Shown: one piece after another, positions 1 through 12,900 of the stretch
Layout: each line of letters begins with the position of its first letter
Position numbering within the stretch: the stretch's first letter is position 1
Assembly: GCF_018977255.1 (NCBI RefSeq)
Contig: NW_024704742.1
Location: 124,374,001-124,438,000 of the forward strand
Length of the DNA: 64,000 nt
Direction of reading: 5' to 3'
Source of the DNA: Callorhinchus milii
Taxonomy: Eukaryota
The notes under the pieces: model-generated
Databases searched by the model: none
Told to the model about the DNA's origin: nothing
The model's input: only the letters and a program-made list of their open reading frames with translations
Translations under genes and position numbers: made by a program

Positions 1-1276
1 ATCAGTGCTTTTAAGGGGGTTTAGACGAGGGGCGGTTGAGTGTCTTACCTCCAATTGGTATGTCCCATAAGTATGTGTAAATGCAGTGGACATGTAAATA
101 AAACAGGAAGTTAAATTGTGGACTAAACTTATGAACAGTCTTTTCAAATGATCTTTGAGATAAGTTTCTGAGATCTTGCCCGATAATGGTTTCTCACAGC
201 CGCAGTACATTGACTGTGGGATCTGTGCTACAAGGAAGTTTACTCTAGCTTTAGGCAATAAGATCATCTACATGTTGATGAATGTCTTGAGGAAAATTCT
301 TCCTTCAGGAAGAGGGTTCAGATCGCTTGGTACTCGCTAAACTTTAGGCAGAAACCAAATGTTACTCACTCAGACCGAGACATGTACCACAGGTAGTTTG
401 AACCACATATTTCTAATTGGGATGTGAGACAGCACCATAAAATAGAGATTGCATCATGCATCTTAACAGCAAGAGCTGTTCTTGTCTGTGCATTGAAAGC
501 AACACTTGATTCCAAAGAATGGGCCCAGAGGGCAAGGGTATACACTTGACGGGCTAGCTAGATTGGTCATGGCCCTTCTGATATTTGAGATTTTGCCCAG
601 AATGGAGCTGGATCTTGGGGCAGGACCAGGAACTGTTCAAAGTGCCCGTAACGATGCAGCATCATCAAAAGAAAAGTGTAGTGTCTGTGAAGATTGTGTG
701 GGCAATGGCATTTTGACAGCCATTGCTATAGAGTATTACAAATCCACGTTAATGAGCACCTGTCAGCAATGACTGTAAAATCTCTAATTCACCTGTGTAC
801 CACCAGTAAAGTGGGCTCGTATTCACTTGTCGCTGCTCCCATTTGATACTTGATTTTAGCATCAGAGCAATAACTAAAATCATCATAGGTAATGTATGGA
901 ATAGACAAGCAGCTGTAAAGTATGGTAGGAGTCTGAAGTTCTGAAGATGTAGACAGAAGATATAGACAGATATAAATGACCATTTGGATTCAGTTGACAT
1001 GAGAAACTATGGTTGACTATGGTCTAAATGCAGAGGAAGTATGCAAGTTAATAAAAGGATGTTAAACTGTGGACTAAACCTATTCAAACAAACCTTGAGA
1101 AAAGTTTGATTAGTCTTACCTAGTGATAAGTTCTCACAGCCCTGTGCCTTAAAAGTTCTATAAAAATAGGTAAAGAAGGTTGTTCTAGCTTTGGGCAATG
1201 ATGTTTTCTACATATTGATGAATATCTTGAGAAAGTTTGTAAAATACGTTGTGTGTGTGTGAGTTGTGTTTACGTT

Positions 1277-1328
1277 CTAGGACACACCCTGCATAAGGGG
1301 CGCTATATAAGTGCAAGTTGTTGTTGTT
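1277..1328 (+). mobile_element. L2-type 3' tail fragment
   Basis: ggcgctatataagtgcaagttgttgttg matches the tail of the longer L2 copies in this window. An opposite-strand tail lies at about 1467-1530. Confidence 0.65.
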
Positions 1329-2683
1329 TTTAAGGTGTTATTGTTGAGTCGACCAATGTTGATTTTCAATGTGTAAATTAAAAGAAGGCATATTGGATCT
1401 TGGAGAGGAAATATCATTTGTGGCATATTTTTAGTGCAATGAAATATAAGGAAATTCTGAATGGATAACAACAACAACTTGCATTTATACAGCGCCCTTC
1501 ATGATGGGTAGCGTCCCGGAGCGCTTCCCGGATAAAGGACTTCTGTGATGGAAAATCTCTGAAAATTAAGATTTAAAGTTATGGTTTATGCTAATGACTA
1601 ACAGGGAATCCCAATTGTTTGTTGATTCTCCAAAACCACAATGAAACCTTTATGATTTGAATACACACCCTGTTGACTGGTATTACCTTAGAACGTGGGA
1701 ATAACTATTTAATTGCTTGAGAATTGCTCAATAACATTCAATTACGAGGAGTGGCCTTAGCAACTACACGACTGGCGAGTCAATTGCTGAGTTTCTAACT
1801 GCTAAGCAGTTCAACAATAGTTTACATGCTTGGATGCCTTTGACTCTTTTGTGATATAGTTGGAATGTCAACTAACTTGACTATGGATCGAATAATACTT
1901 TGAATACTTGGTTGAGTTAATTGCATATTATATATGTAATATCTGTAATTTGAACTTTCACATTTTGAAAAGTATGCACTCAGTCAACCATTTTACAGTC
2001 AACCATCTCTTTATTCAAATAATACATTGATAGTGTTTAACCAATTTCCTACCTGGTCAGTGAAATAGCTGCCAGTGAATTAAGAGGATTAATCTGTTTC
2101 TGGTGATTAAATTGTCTAAGTATGACATGAGTTTTTCAGTATATTGTTGATCGAATTATCGAATGTTTTATCCTATTTTCTGAGTACCATAATTAAAACA
2201 GAAGAAGATTATATTTACTGCAAACTTGAATATTTCGAATTTCAGAGTATCCAGGCAGTTCTATATATTTACATCTCTGACAGAAAATGCCTTTAGGTTT
2301 TCTAGCCAGGGTCATCTTATCTATAGCTGACACCAGCCATTTTTCATGATAAAAACAGAATGGAAAAAGTTTGAATACTAGATTTTTGAATGATTTGGGA
2401 ATTATCTACGAGCAAATTGGTTTTGATTTGGGGTTTCTATGTGTGCTTGGGGTTTGACTGCTTATTTATACACAAGTCATCAGCATCCTAGGATTGGAAG
2501 CTATGTCTATTCTCCACCCCAAACATATGTTCCCTACAGTGTTGATCTCTTGTCTCTAGCCACTTAGGACAAGTGAATTCAAATGTCAAATGAGATTCAG
2601 ACTGGTAATCTTTGAGATTGGGAGGACATTGTTCTGTCTATAGCTAAATGACTAAGCAATAGACCTTTCTATATTGCATCAAC

Positions 2684-2915
2684 TTGGCTCAGTTGGTAGC
2701 ATTCTTGTCTGGTTCAGAAAGGTGTTACCCCACATCCACATTTCAGTGTGATGAGGCACTATAATAATGCAAATATAAGCAAGAATTACTGGGCAGCAAA
2801 TTGAGCTTATTTTAACCACCTGGTAATTATACAGATTCTTGAAATACAATACATCACTATACAATTTACATTTGTAAAGCACCTTTCACACTGGGAGGGC
2901 ATTAAAAAGTGATTC
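2684..2915 (+). mobile_element. Degenerate tRNA-headed Deu-SINE head followed by an L2-type tail fragment
   Basis: ggctcagttggtagcattcttgtct..ttcagaaaggt resembles the head of the SINE at 31419-31833. Confidence 0.5.
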
Positions 2916-5900
2916 ACTGGGGTGTGGGAGTGGGCCAAGGGAGGTGGGGATGTGCTTAAAACACATTTTAATTGTGTGACCTAATCAATTACAGATTTTT
3001 TAAAAATGCAATTTTACCTTAATATCTAACACTGCAGCAGGTTAAAAACAAAGGATATGATCTTACTTTACAGGAAGCCTTCCCATTGACAACTGATGCT
3101 ATAATATTAAGGTTATGTGCATGGACTCCCATATTATTTGCATACTAATTAAATTGTAATTTCTTACTCTCTTGTAACTGAGGAGAAATCACCATATTAT
3201 TGTCGGGCACAAGCTGGACTCATGCGTTCCTAACGGTGTCTGTTTTGCTTGTAACCACAGGGTGACCCCATTATAAAGGGTTTCTCTGGAGAGCAAGTTC
3301 ACTTACATGGTAGCTCTGCAGTTATTGGAAGTTTCGCACACTTCTGGCACAAACTGGATGGATTCCTGTTTCCAAGAAACAGACTGGTCACCCACACCCA
3401 GTGCCGCGAGTATTGCTCATGCTAGAAATACTCACAAGAGTGGTGAGAGCTGGCTAGCCAGCTTCCTGCCTCCTCTGCACATGTGCGGACAGCTTCATTG
3501 GAAGGGACATTAGTAGCAACTTGATGACCACCAAACAGAGCCAAAGGCCAATTTTTTTTTCACATATCAATTATAATATGGTGTCTATTTTATGGACCCA
3601 AGACACGTTACGGAGGTTCATACATTCCCTGTTGATGGGGAAGGAGAGTTGAGTTCTAATTCTAAAATCTATTCTCATTCTTTAACAGAACATATGGTAA
3701 TAAATGTCACTGTATGACATTAAATAGAATTGTAGTTTAAAAGAAAACTTGGCCCAAAAGTGTTCAGCTTGGTAATCTTAATATTTTACCTCCATGTGAA
3801 AATTAATGTAGCACAATGCAGGCTTGTCAGTAAATTCATGCCATAGTTATACTGCAGGGATTCCTCTTATACAGGACCTGTAGGAAGCAGGTCACTTGAA
3901 AGCTGACAGACTGCAGCTACACTGCTCTCTTTCCCCATCGTACAGGAAGACACTACCCCCACCCCCCCTACACACACACTCACGTTTCAAATTATTTTGG
4001 TATTTGCTCAAGGAAAGGAGGAAATCTGTTTACACACAACAACAAGCACACACGTACAATTTTCACCAAGAAATAGTCAATTTTACATTCATAAAGGTCA
4101 ATCTATCATTAAATACTTTATGAGGGGTGCATTGAGCCATCCAGGAATAATTATGAATTAACAATTCTTTAAAGGTTTGTGCTACTGCTGCAGTGAATAT
4201 GAGTGAGATGGATTCCCATTCCCAAAGTGATTCAGTGTGAATTGCCCATTAAATCGATACACGTGTGGTTTAAATGAGCAAAAGGACTCCTTGTACTTAT
4301 CTGCGCACCTTATTTCTGATAACCAGATCAACAACAACTTGCATTTATACAGTGCCATTCACTCATGGTGGCAATTCGTAGCATTGTACAAATTAACTTA
4401 TCATGTATGATCAATAATCTGTTGCTCTTCACTGCTTTTTGGCGTGGAGTGGTTTCTTACTGCAGATGTGCAAACTTTAGTCCAGTTGATATAAACAGTT
4501 TGCATTCAGCTTTTTTTAAAAAAAACACAGGGATAAACAGATAATCTTGGCAATGTTTACATCTAGGTTAGTTGCATGTAATTTAAGTTGGCTTATGTCA
4601 CGCATGTAAAGGCACAGATGATCTCAGGGTCTTTTTTTGGGAAGTTAAACATCCTGTTAGTGTTAGTGTAAGAAATGTTGCATGGAATAATATGAGCACT
4701 TGTCAGTTCGAAATAGCTTAAGACAGGATTCTATAAATGACCTTCTTTGCCCCAGTTATCAGTAACTATGTAAATTATATTGTGCAAATGATTTGTTTCA
4801 AATCACCCAGAATATTTCATGGCTGAATAGCATATATTTGACAGATGTTTTCTCCTTTTTTTTCTTAAATACAGAGTCTTGCAGTTTTGCAGGCAGTAAC
4901 CACAGTATGTCCATTACTACATTTCTACTATAATTATGGAGTATGCACTAATATATTGTCCAATTTCTTTTCACATTCACAGAATATAACATCATTTATA
5001 AATGCTGTTTTTTTTCTTTCCAGTTCCCGCCACTCCTACCACCACCCGCCCCACATTAAAAAATTAAAAATAAATAAGAGACTAAGTTTAATAAGTATCA
5101 GGATTTTAATGTAAGAGGCAAAATAGTGAAGTAATCTATGTAGTTGCATTGTTAATTAGAATTTTCTTTCCAAAAAGGCATAGAAATTACCCAGTAACAA
5201 ATACATGAACAAAAATAGCTGCAACCTCTTTTGGCGTGAAGAATAAAAATTGATCTGTTCCAATCGCACTGTTTATTTCACTGCAAATCAAGCTTTAATA
5301 CATAACCGGGAAGAAGCTACAGATTGAGAAAATGCTTTCTGCCTTTTGTTTAGTATCCATTATAAATCATGAGAGGAAAATGTAGTGAGTTGATAAACTG
5401 AAATGTTTCAGTTGAATACAGTTTGGGTTGCAATCTCATTTGAATCCTTTTCCCAGATCACAGTGCATTCAAATGCATTCACAGAAAACTTTCCGAGGCT
5501 GTATCTGGGCATTAGGTCCCAGGCGGCAACTTTTCTGTCACATCTCCTTTTCTCTTTTTTCCCCCTTTATCCTTTTAGAAGGTGATGCATTCTCTTGCCA
5601 GTTGTGTTCTCAGACCACCTCCTGGTGCTGTCTGAGGACAGAATAAAGACTATCTGAATTTCTTCCCCCCTCGAATTTATTTAGCTAAGCCATTCCTGAC
5701 TGCATTTCAATTCATTTTGAAACCACAAATTTCTAATATAAAGGCTTTACAGAACCTAAGAGTGTGACAGTCTTTAAATAGTGGTAAGGACATAGCAGTG
5801 CATTGTATGTTCTATTTCCTTGTGATTCTGGTGATTGAATGCATTTGTTTTTTTTCCCCTTATTGAAGTAATCAGAGCAGGAAATCGCTCAACAAGAGAT

Positions 5901-6559
5901 TTTTAAGTATTTATGAGATGTTTCATGAAAGTTGATACTGTCAATAATTTTATATCATTATTAAATTGACGTTCTCTTTATACATATTGTTTTCTACCCA
6001 TTTTGTTTGTTAAGTTATAAACATTTTTTGTGCTTGTAATTGACAACAATAAATTATTGGTTCCCAGATTATAGGAAAATGCACCATCCTATATTTGGAT
6101 GTTTATAATGTATTTCTAGCACATTTTATTTATTGGTATCTATAAAATCAAACTGCCACAACCCATTTAAACAAATGCAGATTATGTTGACACTAATGGA
6201 GCACCTTGTTTTAAATATATGTATATATATATATATATATATATGCTCCTGGTCTAAAGTGAATCTAAGTGGTCAGTGTCTGTCCCCTTGAATGAAACTT
6301 TTTGAATACTTGTGTTGCTCTGGAGACCAGCAATATATGTATTGAATTGTTTTTTCTTTTCAATGCTGAAGACAATACCATATTAAAATGGCTTCTAGGC
6401 TTCTACTAATGAGATTGGGAGAGAGAGGAGCAGATATGGCTCAACATGGATGTCAATGTAACAGCAACAACTTGCTTTTATATAGTACTCATATTGGAGC
6501 ACTCAACAATAGCAGGTTTACCCGCAAATTACCAATGAAATGAAATAACACTTGGTGGG

Positions 6560-8625
6560 AGTCATTTTGGATGAATTTTTAGTCCATATGTTCCTTACTT
6601 GAATGAAACCTTGGACTCAGCTTGATCTTCACTGTCTTATGCAAGTCAATCACAACATCGGAAAATATTATGAGAAATACTTTTAAGTATGAGTAGAAAA
6701 ATAACCAATGTTCAGTCTTTACTCATTTATTCAAGGCTCCTAGATTTTTTTATCATAGGAACGCCCTCCTTCTTCCTGCCATACATAAAATTTCTATCTA
6801 TCCTGTGTTCTTCGTTTTTCCCCTTTACACATCGGCACCAGATCTTTCTGTTGTCTTCCAAATTGAAGATGTTCAGATTGCTAGCTGTGGCTTTCCTGAC
6901 TACCTGTGGAAAGGCAATTGTTTCAATTTTCCCTGTCCCCCATCCCCGAAACACATTTGTAAAGTTTTAGTTTATTGTGTCAAATAGTCAAATAACTATC
7001 ACTAGCTCAGTTAGCCTACCTCAATAAGCTATTTCTTGGGCTGCATCCAGTGCTAGCTCCTGGTTCCAGATTCCACGTTAAATCTGATGGATCCTTTCCA
7101 GTGACCATATACGGTAGTGTCTGAGACTCCAACTGGGTATATTCATTCCCCCCATACTTCCACTGAGAATGTTGTTACTTTTTTCACCTGTGGATCCCTT
7201 ATGGTAAATAAGTGAAATAGACTTCAATTACCAATATGTAAAATGTCCTTCAAGAGGAAGTAATGTTGAGCCTAGAATATCTATGGTTGCTCTCTATCAT
7301 CAACACTTCCATGTGGTAAACTATAGGAGTATTTATAATGTCTTTTTTGGCTCTTTCCTTGACACACATTTTAGCCTTGCAATATCAGGTTACATTTCAT
7401 TGATGCACAGTCCAGTAATAGTGCTGCTACATTTTTGGCAAGGTCTCTGAGATGCCTAGGTGCCTGTCTGTGAACGAATCATGCACTTGATCAATCATTT
7501 CCCCTTTGTGCCTTAGGGCACCACCATTTGCTAGATTGTTTGTCTGATTTTCAGCAACAGATTCCCACCGTCTGCAAAGAACTCCACCTTTGACACAGAG
7601 TCCATGCCATTGTGTCCAGTATAATTTTTTGCAATGCGGATGAGATTTTGACCCAGTCTGGCCTGTGCTCTTTGATTTCTTTCTATTTGAGGATTATCTG
7701 GATGTCCCTACCGTTCACTTGAGCTTTACATAGGTTAAAATATGTTAATTCTCCAGAAATGGGACTCACTGGGGAGTCTGGCATGACTCCAAATTATCAT
7801 TGCTTGACGCTTGGCTGTGAATCACAACTCTAGCTATCGGTGATGCATAATCATGAATCTTGTCGTGAATCTTCCAATCAAAATGACAGAGCACTAAAGA
7901 TAGCCTTGAGTATATTAGTCCTGTCTCCACTTTAATGTAAAGGAGAACACCCAGAATCACTTGGATCATATTGTGAACCTCTTCTTCGGTCAAAGGGCAT
8001 CCCATGCCAGGGCACCTCCTCCACGATAGGTTGAATGTCATCTTCTAATGATTGGTTGATTATATTTCATTTTGTACATCCTGACCTATCCTGCTATCTC
8101 CAAATCAAGAACTCCCTCCAGTGCCCGAATGATATCCAAATTAGGAACTACCACAGTAATACTAAGAGTATTCAAAGCAGGAACCATCTACAGTGTCCAT
8201 CAATGCTTAGCTAAGTACATCTAAAACAAGTTCCTTCACCCTTCCACCTCCAGAACTCTCTCTCTCTCTCCACAAATTGTAAAGCTCCAGCAGACACAAT
8301 GTCATTGTCATCCACATATCTTCCTCAAAGCCAAAAGATGACCGAGAAAGCCTAAATAAGACCTGGGAACAAAATCTAAGCCACCAAATAATGCAAAAGG
8401 AATTCTAGTATACCAACTCCAAAATCACCCACTAAACTCATTCTGTCTCACACAAACTCCACAAATAACAACCTTCTCCCGACAGACGACTATTGGATAG
8501 GCTATCGTTAAAAAGATGCACTTTTCCACATGTTCATGCTGTGCTCCCACGACAATTCTGGGTAGCAAAGAGGAGATCAGAAAGGCAATCACTGACATAC
8601 ATCATAATTGCGAATGCTAAGCTGC
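6560..8625 (-). mobile_element. Highly decayed CR1-like LINE (ORF1 esterase and endonuclease region)
   Basis: Minus-strand remnants resemble CR1 ORF1 motifs (VVV..S/IIR near 8130-8165, CPG near 8005-8020) and the post-endonuclease linker (ORF 6727-6954). Many stops; boundaries approximate. Confidence 0.45.
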
Positions 8626-9826
8626 TTACAGTGGAAATCAATCTCCAGGGTTTATTTATTTAGTTTAATTGGTGATTCAAGATTAATTTGAATTAATTCA
8701 CCACTGAATAACTTAAAATACTATTTAAAAAGCTTTAGTTTTACTTTATTCATCATCCTTGAAATACTTTGAGTTTGGCCAGCAGACCAACTGGGATAAA
8801 AAAAAATCAGTGGGAAGCATGTTTCTCCAAGAACCACTTTCTCTCCTGTGCCATATTGTTTTTATTTCCCTATTTGTTTGTCTGTTTGTTTGTTTGTTTA
8901 TTTAATCCTCCCACTCCTCTGCTTTATATGAACGAGAGAGTATTTCTTGTCCAAACTAGTCTGGATCAGTGGTCCACACCTCATATTTTTTCAGAATATC
9001 TGAATTTTTCCAATTGTTTATTGAAATGTTTTAATTTATATCAAAACTAGCTTCAAAATTTACTTCAGCTGCAAAAAATCTATCCAGCTGCCATCTGCAA
9101 AGACCTCCACTTGAGACCATTTACAAGCCTTGTTTTCATGCTAACTACAGCTTCACATTTTGTCAACATTTAAGGCAAGATCAAAGAAAAAGATGCTTTG
9201 ATAACTGAAGGAACTCCTCAGCTTGCAATGCTTAATATTGTGTCTCTTTTCATGATTTAGAACAAGAGAGAATGTTTTGCTGATTGTAAGGTTTTTTTTC
9301 CATTAAGTAACCTAAAGAAGGGGCAAGGCCAACAGTGCAGTACTTGAGCATTGTTGAAAAGAGTAGCAGATAATCTAAGGAGTAGCAATTTTGTACCAAG
9401 TCTGGTTTTTAAAAGCCTTTAAAAGGAAGGAAGGACTAAGGGCTAAGTACTTCCTCAGTCTTGAGGTCCTGGGAAAGAATTGGATTGGACTGGAGAATGT
9501 GCATTGATTTTTTTGTTCAGTGAAGGTGTAAGATGGAGGCAGAATGTGTCAAAAGATATTTGAAGCTTGAAACAAATGAGGAAAGTTCAGAGAAGCGACC
9601 CTGCGCTGGCATTGACAAGTAAAGGGAAGTCAGTAAAGACTGAATAGAGACAGGAGGTTAGAGATGAGTGTTGGATCATCCATCTAATGACCAGTCTTTG
9701 TCTGTACATCCTAACCAGCTGTGTGAAATAGGTGCTAGAAGTTATGAGGACTGTAAGAATTCAATTAAATTCTATTTGACTGGAGGGGTTAAGGCACTAA
9801 AGCATAAGTAAATATAAATACCTCTG

Positions 9827-10038
9827 ATCCAGAAATCAATGTAACTTTCTTCTCTACCACGCTCCCAACACACCATTGGTTTTTAACTTAGAAGAACACA
9901 AAAGCTTCAGGTGAAGAAGGGCCTTTGGCCCAATCCAGAAATCAATGTAACTTTCTTCTCTACCACGCTCCCAACACACCATTGGTTTTTAACTTAGAAG
10001 AACACGAGAGCTTCAGGTGAAGAAGGGCCTTTGGCCCA
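9827..10038. repeat. Direct tandem duplication, 2 x 106 bp
   Basis: atccagaaatcaatgtaac...gggcctttggccca occurs at 9827-9932 and 9933-10038. The copies differ only at aacacAAAagc vs aacacGAGagc (2 substitutions). Confidence 0.95.
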
Positions 10039-11874
10039 TTTGATCTCATTGTACTCACCGTAACATCCTGTTTCTTAAATTAATGCTGTAAAGTTACTGT
10101 GTGTTTTGTGGGTGAACACGTAGAGATGCAAAGGTGCAGGATTGTAGTTACATTCACTGTGGAGGAATTTTGTAGTGGCCAGTTCCATGCAGCATTGGCA
10201 GACATCCAGGAACACTGCACTCTCAGTCACACTTGTATTCAAAAGGATTATGTTCAACACCCTTGTTATTTTCTGTTCATTTCTTTGCATATTTTGGATA
10301 TTTTTGTTCACAAAACATTTTGATGACAATCAATGGCATTAGCTTAAAATAAATTACTGAGTCATCACCAGAGGCGGTCATAACCTAAAGGTCCGTAAGT
10401 TAATTTATCTGCATCAAACTCAGTACATTATTCAAGCCAGTTAGAATACAATCCTGACTTGCTATTGAAAACACATTTGTCCAGAACGACAAAATACAAA
10501 AGATGTATAAGTAAAACAGAACTTTCTATAACAGGATTTAATTTTTTAAAAGAGGTCCCAGTAGCAAAACTTAAATAACACTGAAATTGTGGTGGATCGA
10601 TCGGGAGCTACTCTGACAGTGTCTTTGAGCAATATGTATTTTATGTATTTGACTAAGAGTCTGATGAAAAGAACTACTTGAAAGTCAAATCTATTTTTCC
10701 CTTTCAATTGCTGTCATGTCAACCTACATGTCAACTTCTAGCGTCTCTTTTTTACTGCAACAACCATTTAGACATAACCAAAGTATTTCTCCCCTACTAT
10801 TATGAGGTGCCACAGCACAAATTATCTCCATTTAAACTCCCATACAGGCATTTTGTTACAATGGATGGCCAAGGCCCATGGTGACAGGTGAGAGGCAAAG
10901 CCACATAGACCTGTAGCTGCAGCTCCACTGTATGGAGCTGGGTCAAGGCACTGGTTGATGTTAGTTCGAACACGAACCCAAACGCTTGAATGCTACAACT
11001 CTGTTTGGATACAAACGGAATGACCAAGCAGCCCCCTTTTCAGAATTGTACCAATTACTCAAGATTGGGGAAGTGGGTAGAGAAGATGTCCTAAAAATTA
11101 CTAGAGTTTATCAGCTACATCTTATCGCAACAGTAAAAAAAATGCAACTGCAGAAAACCAAAACTAAAATCAGCTCTGGCCTCGTGGAACATCAGATCAC
11201 GTCTGCACTGAAGGCAGTTTATGATCTGCAGAGCATTTATTTAAAAAATGATAATAACATATTTCAAACATCCTTTAAAATATACAGGGATAATAATAAT
11301 CCTTGCATTTGATATAGCGCCTTATCATGTATTTGAGACAGCTCAAGGATGCTCACCAGTAATTTAAATCTTTTCCCCTCTATTATCCAGTGTAATACTT
11401 CTGTTGCTGAAAACTGCCCAAACTGATTTCTGAATACAGTGCAACCATGTTGGCTTCTTGTTCTCATGTAAAAGCGCTTTGAGACATCTTCCCAACTTGA
11501 AAAGTCCTGTACCAAATGTAAGGGCACTGAATACAAAGTTACATTTCCATCCAACTTTCTTACCTCAACCATCCTTCATACTAACCTGTTCCAGTCATTA
11601 ATTACTCGTAAAGATACATGTCCTGGTTTCTCTTCTGAATCTGTTCTCTCTTTTTCTGCTATCTTAGTATAAGTGAAAGTATTGTTATGGGTTTCATTTC
11701 TGAATATAATTTAGAACATTATAGCTCGATATTATCCCCTCTGAGATGTCTCATTTCAAGGCTGAAAAACCCTAACTTATCTATTCAATTCTCATAACTC
11801 ATCCCTCTCACAATGGAAATCATCCCCATTGCTGTCTTCTGAGTTGCCCCCTTAGGTTGCAGCTACCAGTAATA

Positions 11875-12066
11875 ATCTCTCCAAAAAAAACATCTGGTCA
11901 ATCGATCCTTGACTGTTTGTGGAACATTGCTTTACACAATGGGCTGCTGAGTTTTGCTCACAAAATACAGTCAATTCACTTTACAATATATTCTGTGAAG
12001 TACTTTTGAGTCGTCTCAACGACATGATAAGGCACTATATCAGATGCAAGGATTATTATTATTATT
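11875..12066 (+). mobile_element. SINE 3' half (Deu-type segment plus L2-derived tail)
   Basis: ctgtttgtggaacattgc...cagtcaattcactttac...gcactatatcagatgcaaggattattatt. The same tail recurs at about 21698-21865(-), 38255-38360(+), 45300-45385(+), 45777-45890(-) and 50968-51072(+). Confidence 0.8.
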
Positions 12067-12559
12067 TAATCTACTACAGAAACACTTGACACCTAGAATG
12101 ATAAACTAGAGCAGTTTAGAGATTGATCTAAGGCTAAAAGTACAAAATTAATGATCTTTCTCAGTAACGTCCTCATGGTGTGATGTCTCACATGGAAACT
12201 TGTTTTTCTTTCTGCACGACCCAGGGATGTCATTGCTTCCCTTCTTAATCTGATGGTATCACTGTGTTCTATAACTTTCCACATTTTTGGCTATTAGAAA
12301 AATAAACATCTGTCTTGAGTGAAAAATGTTGCAGTTAATGTGCATTTATAGAGCACAAGTTAACCTTAACATGTTGTCCTGCTGAGAACATGCTGCTGAA
12401 AGGAAAAGAGTTGGAACTTCCTTGAGGCTTTCAAAATACCACATTACGAAGAGGATAACACCACAATATAGCACTCAAAGGTTAAAGGTAACCAGATGAT
12501 TTATGACTTTTAAAAAAATATATTTTTCACTTAATTTGAGATCATGATCGAGAGAAGTC

Positions 12560-12900
12560 TGATATTCCACTGCGTACTAAGGAATCCTGGTGGTGTCTTC
12601 CTTTGAATGAGACATTAAACCAAGCTCCTGCCACTGTTTTTGGGTGGAAATTAAATACCCATAACTGTGCATAAAGAGTGAGGAGCTTCTGACACATTTC
12701 AACACTAGGTGCTATATCAAATGCAAAAATTATTATGATTTCCACTTATTGGACTGATTTATCATCTGGGTTAATTCATCTCATGGTTGATTGTGGGACC
12801 TTGCTAGCTGCAACTGGCTGTCATGTTTGATAATTTCTTGTGATATGCTGCGAGTTGTTTCAGAGTGATTAACATGCTATCAAACTACAAGGTCTTTCTT
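12560..12900 (+). mobile_element. Degenerate Deu-domain SINE
   Basis: tgagacattaaaccaagctcctg...ttgtgggaccttgctagctgcaactggctg resembles the Deu domain of AmnSINE1/SacSINE1. Confidence 0.6.

Noticed and set aside
3307..3482. Antisense two-exon mini-ORF (MCRGGRKLASQLSPLLNPSSLCQKCAKLPITAELP) using GTGAGT and GTAAGT donors with a 70-bp intron
   Set aside because: No recognisable homology or downstream exon; it overlaps a better-supported sense candidate and may be chance.
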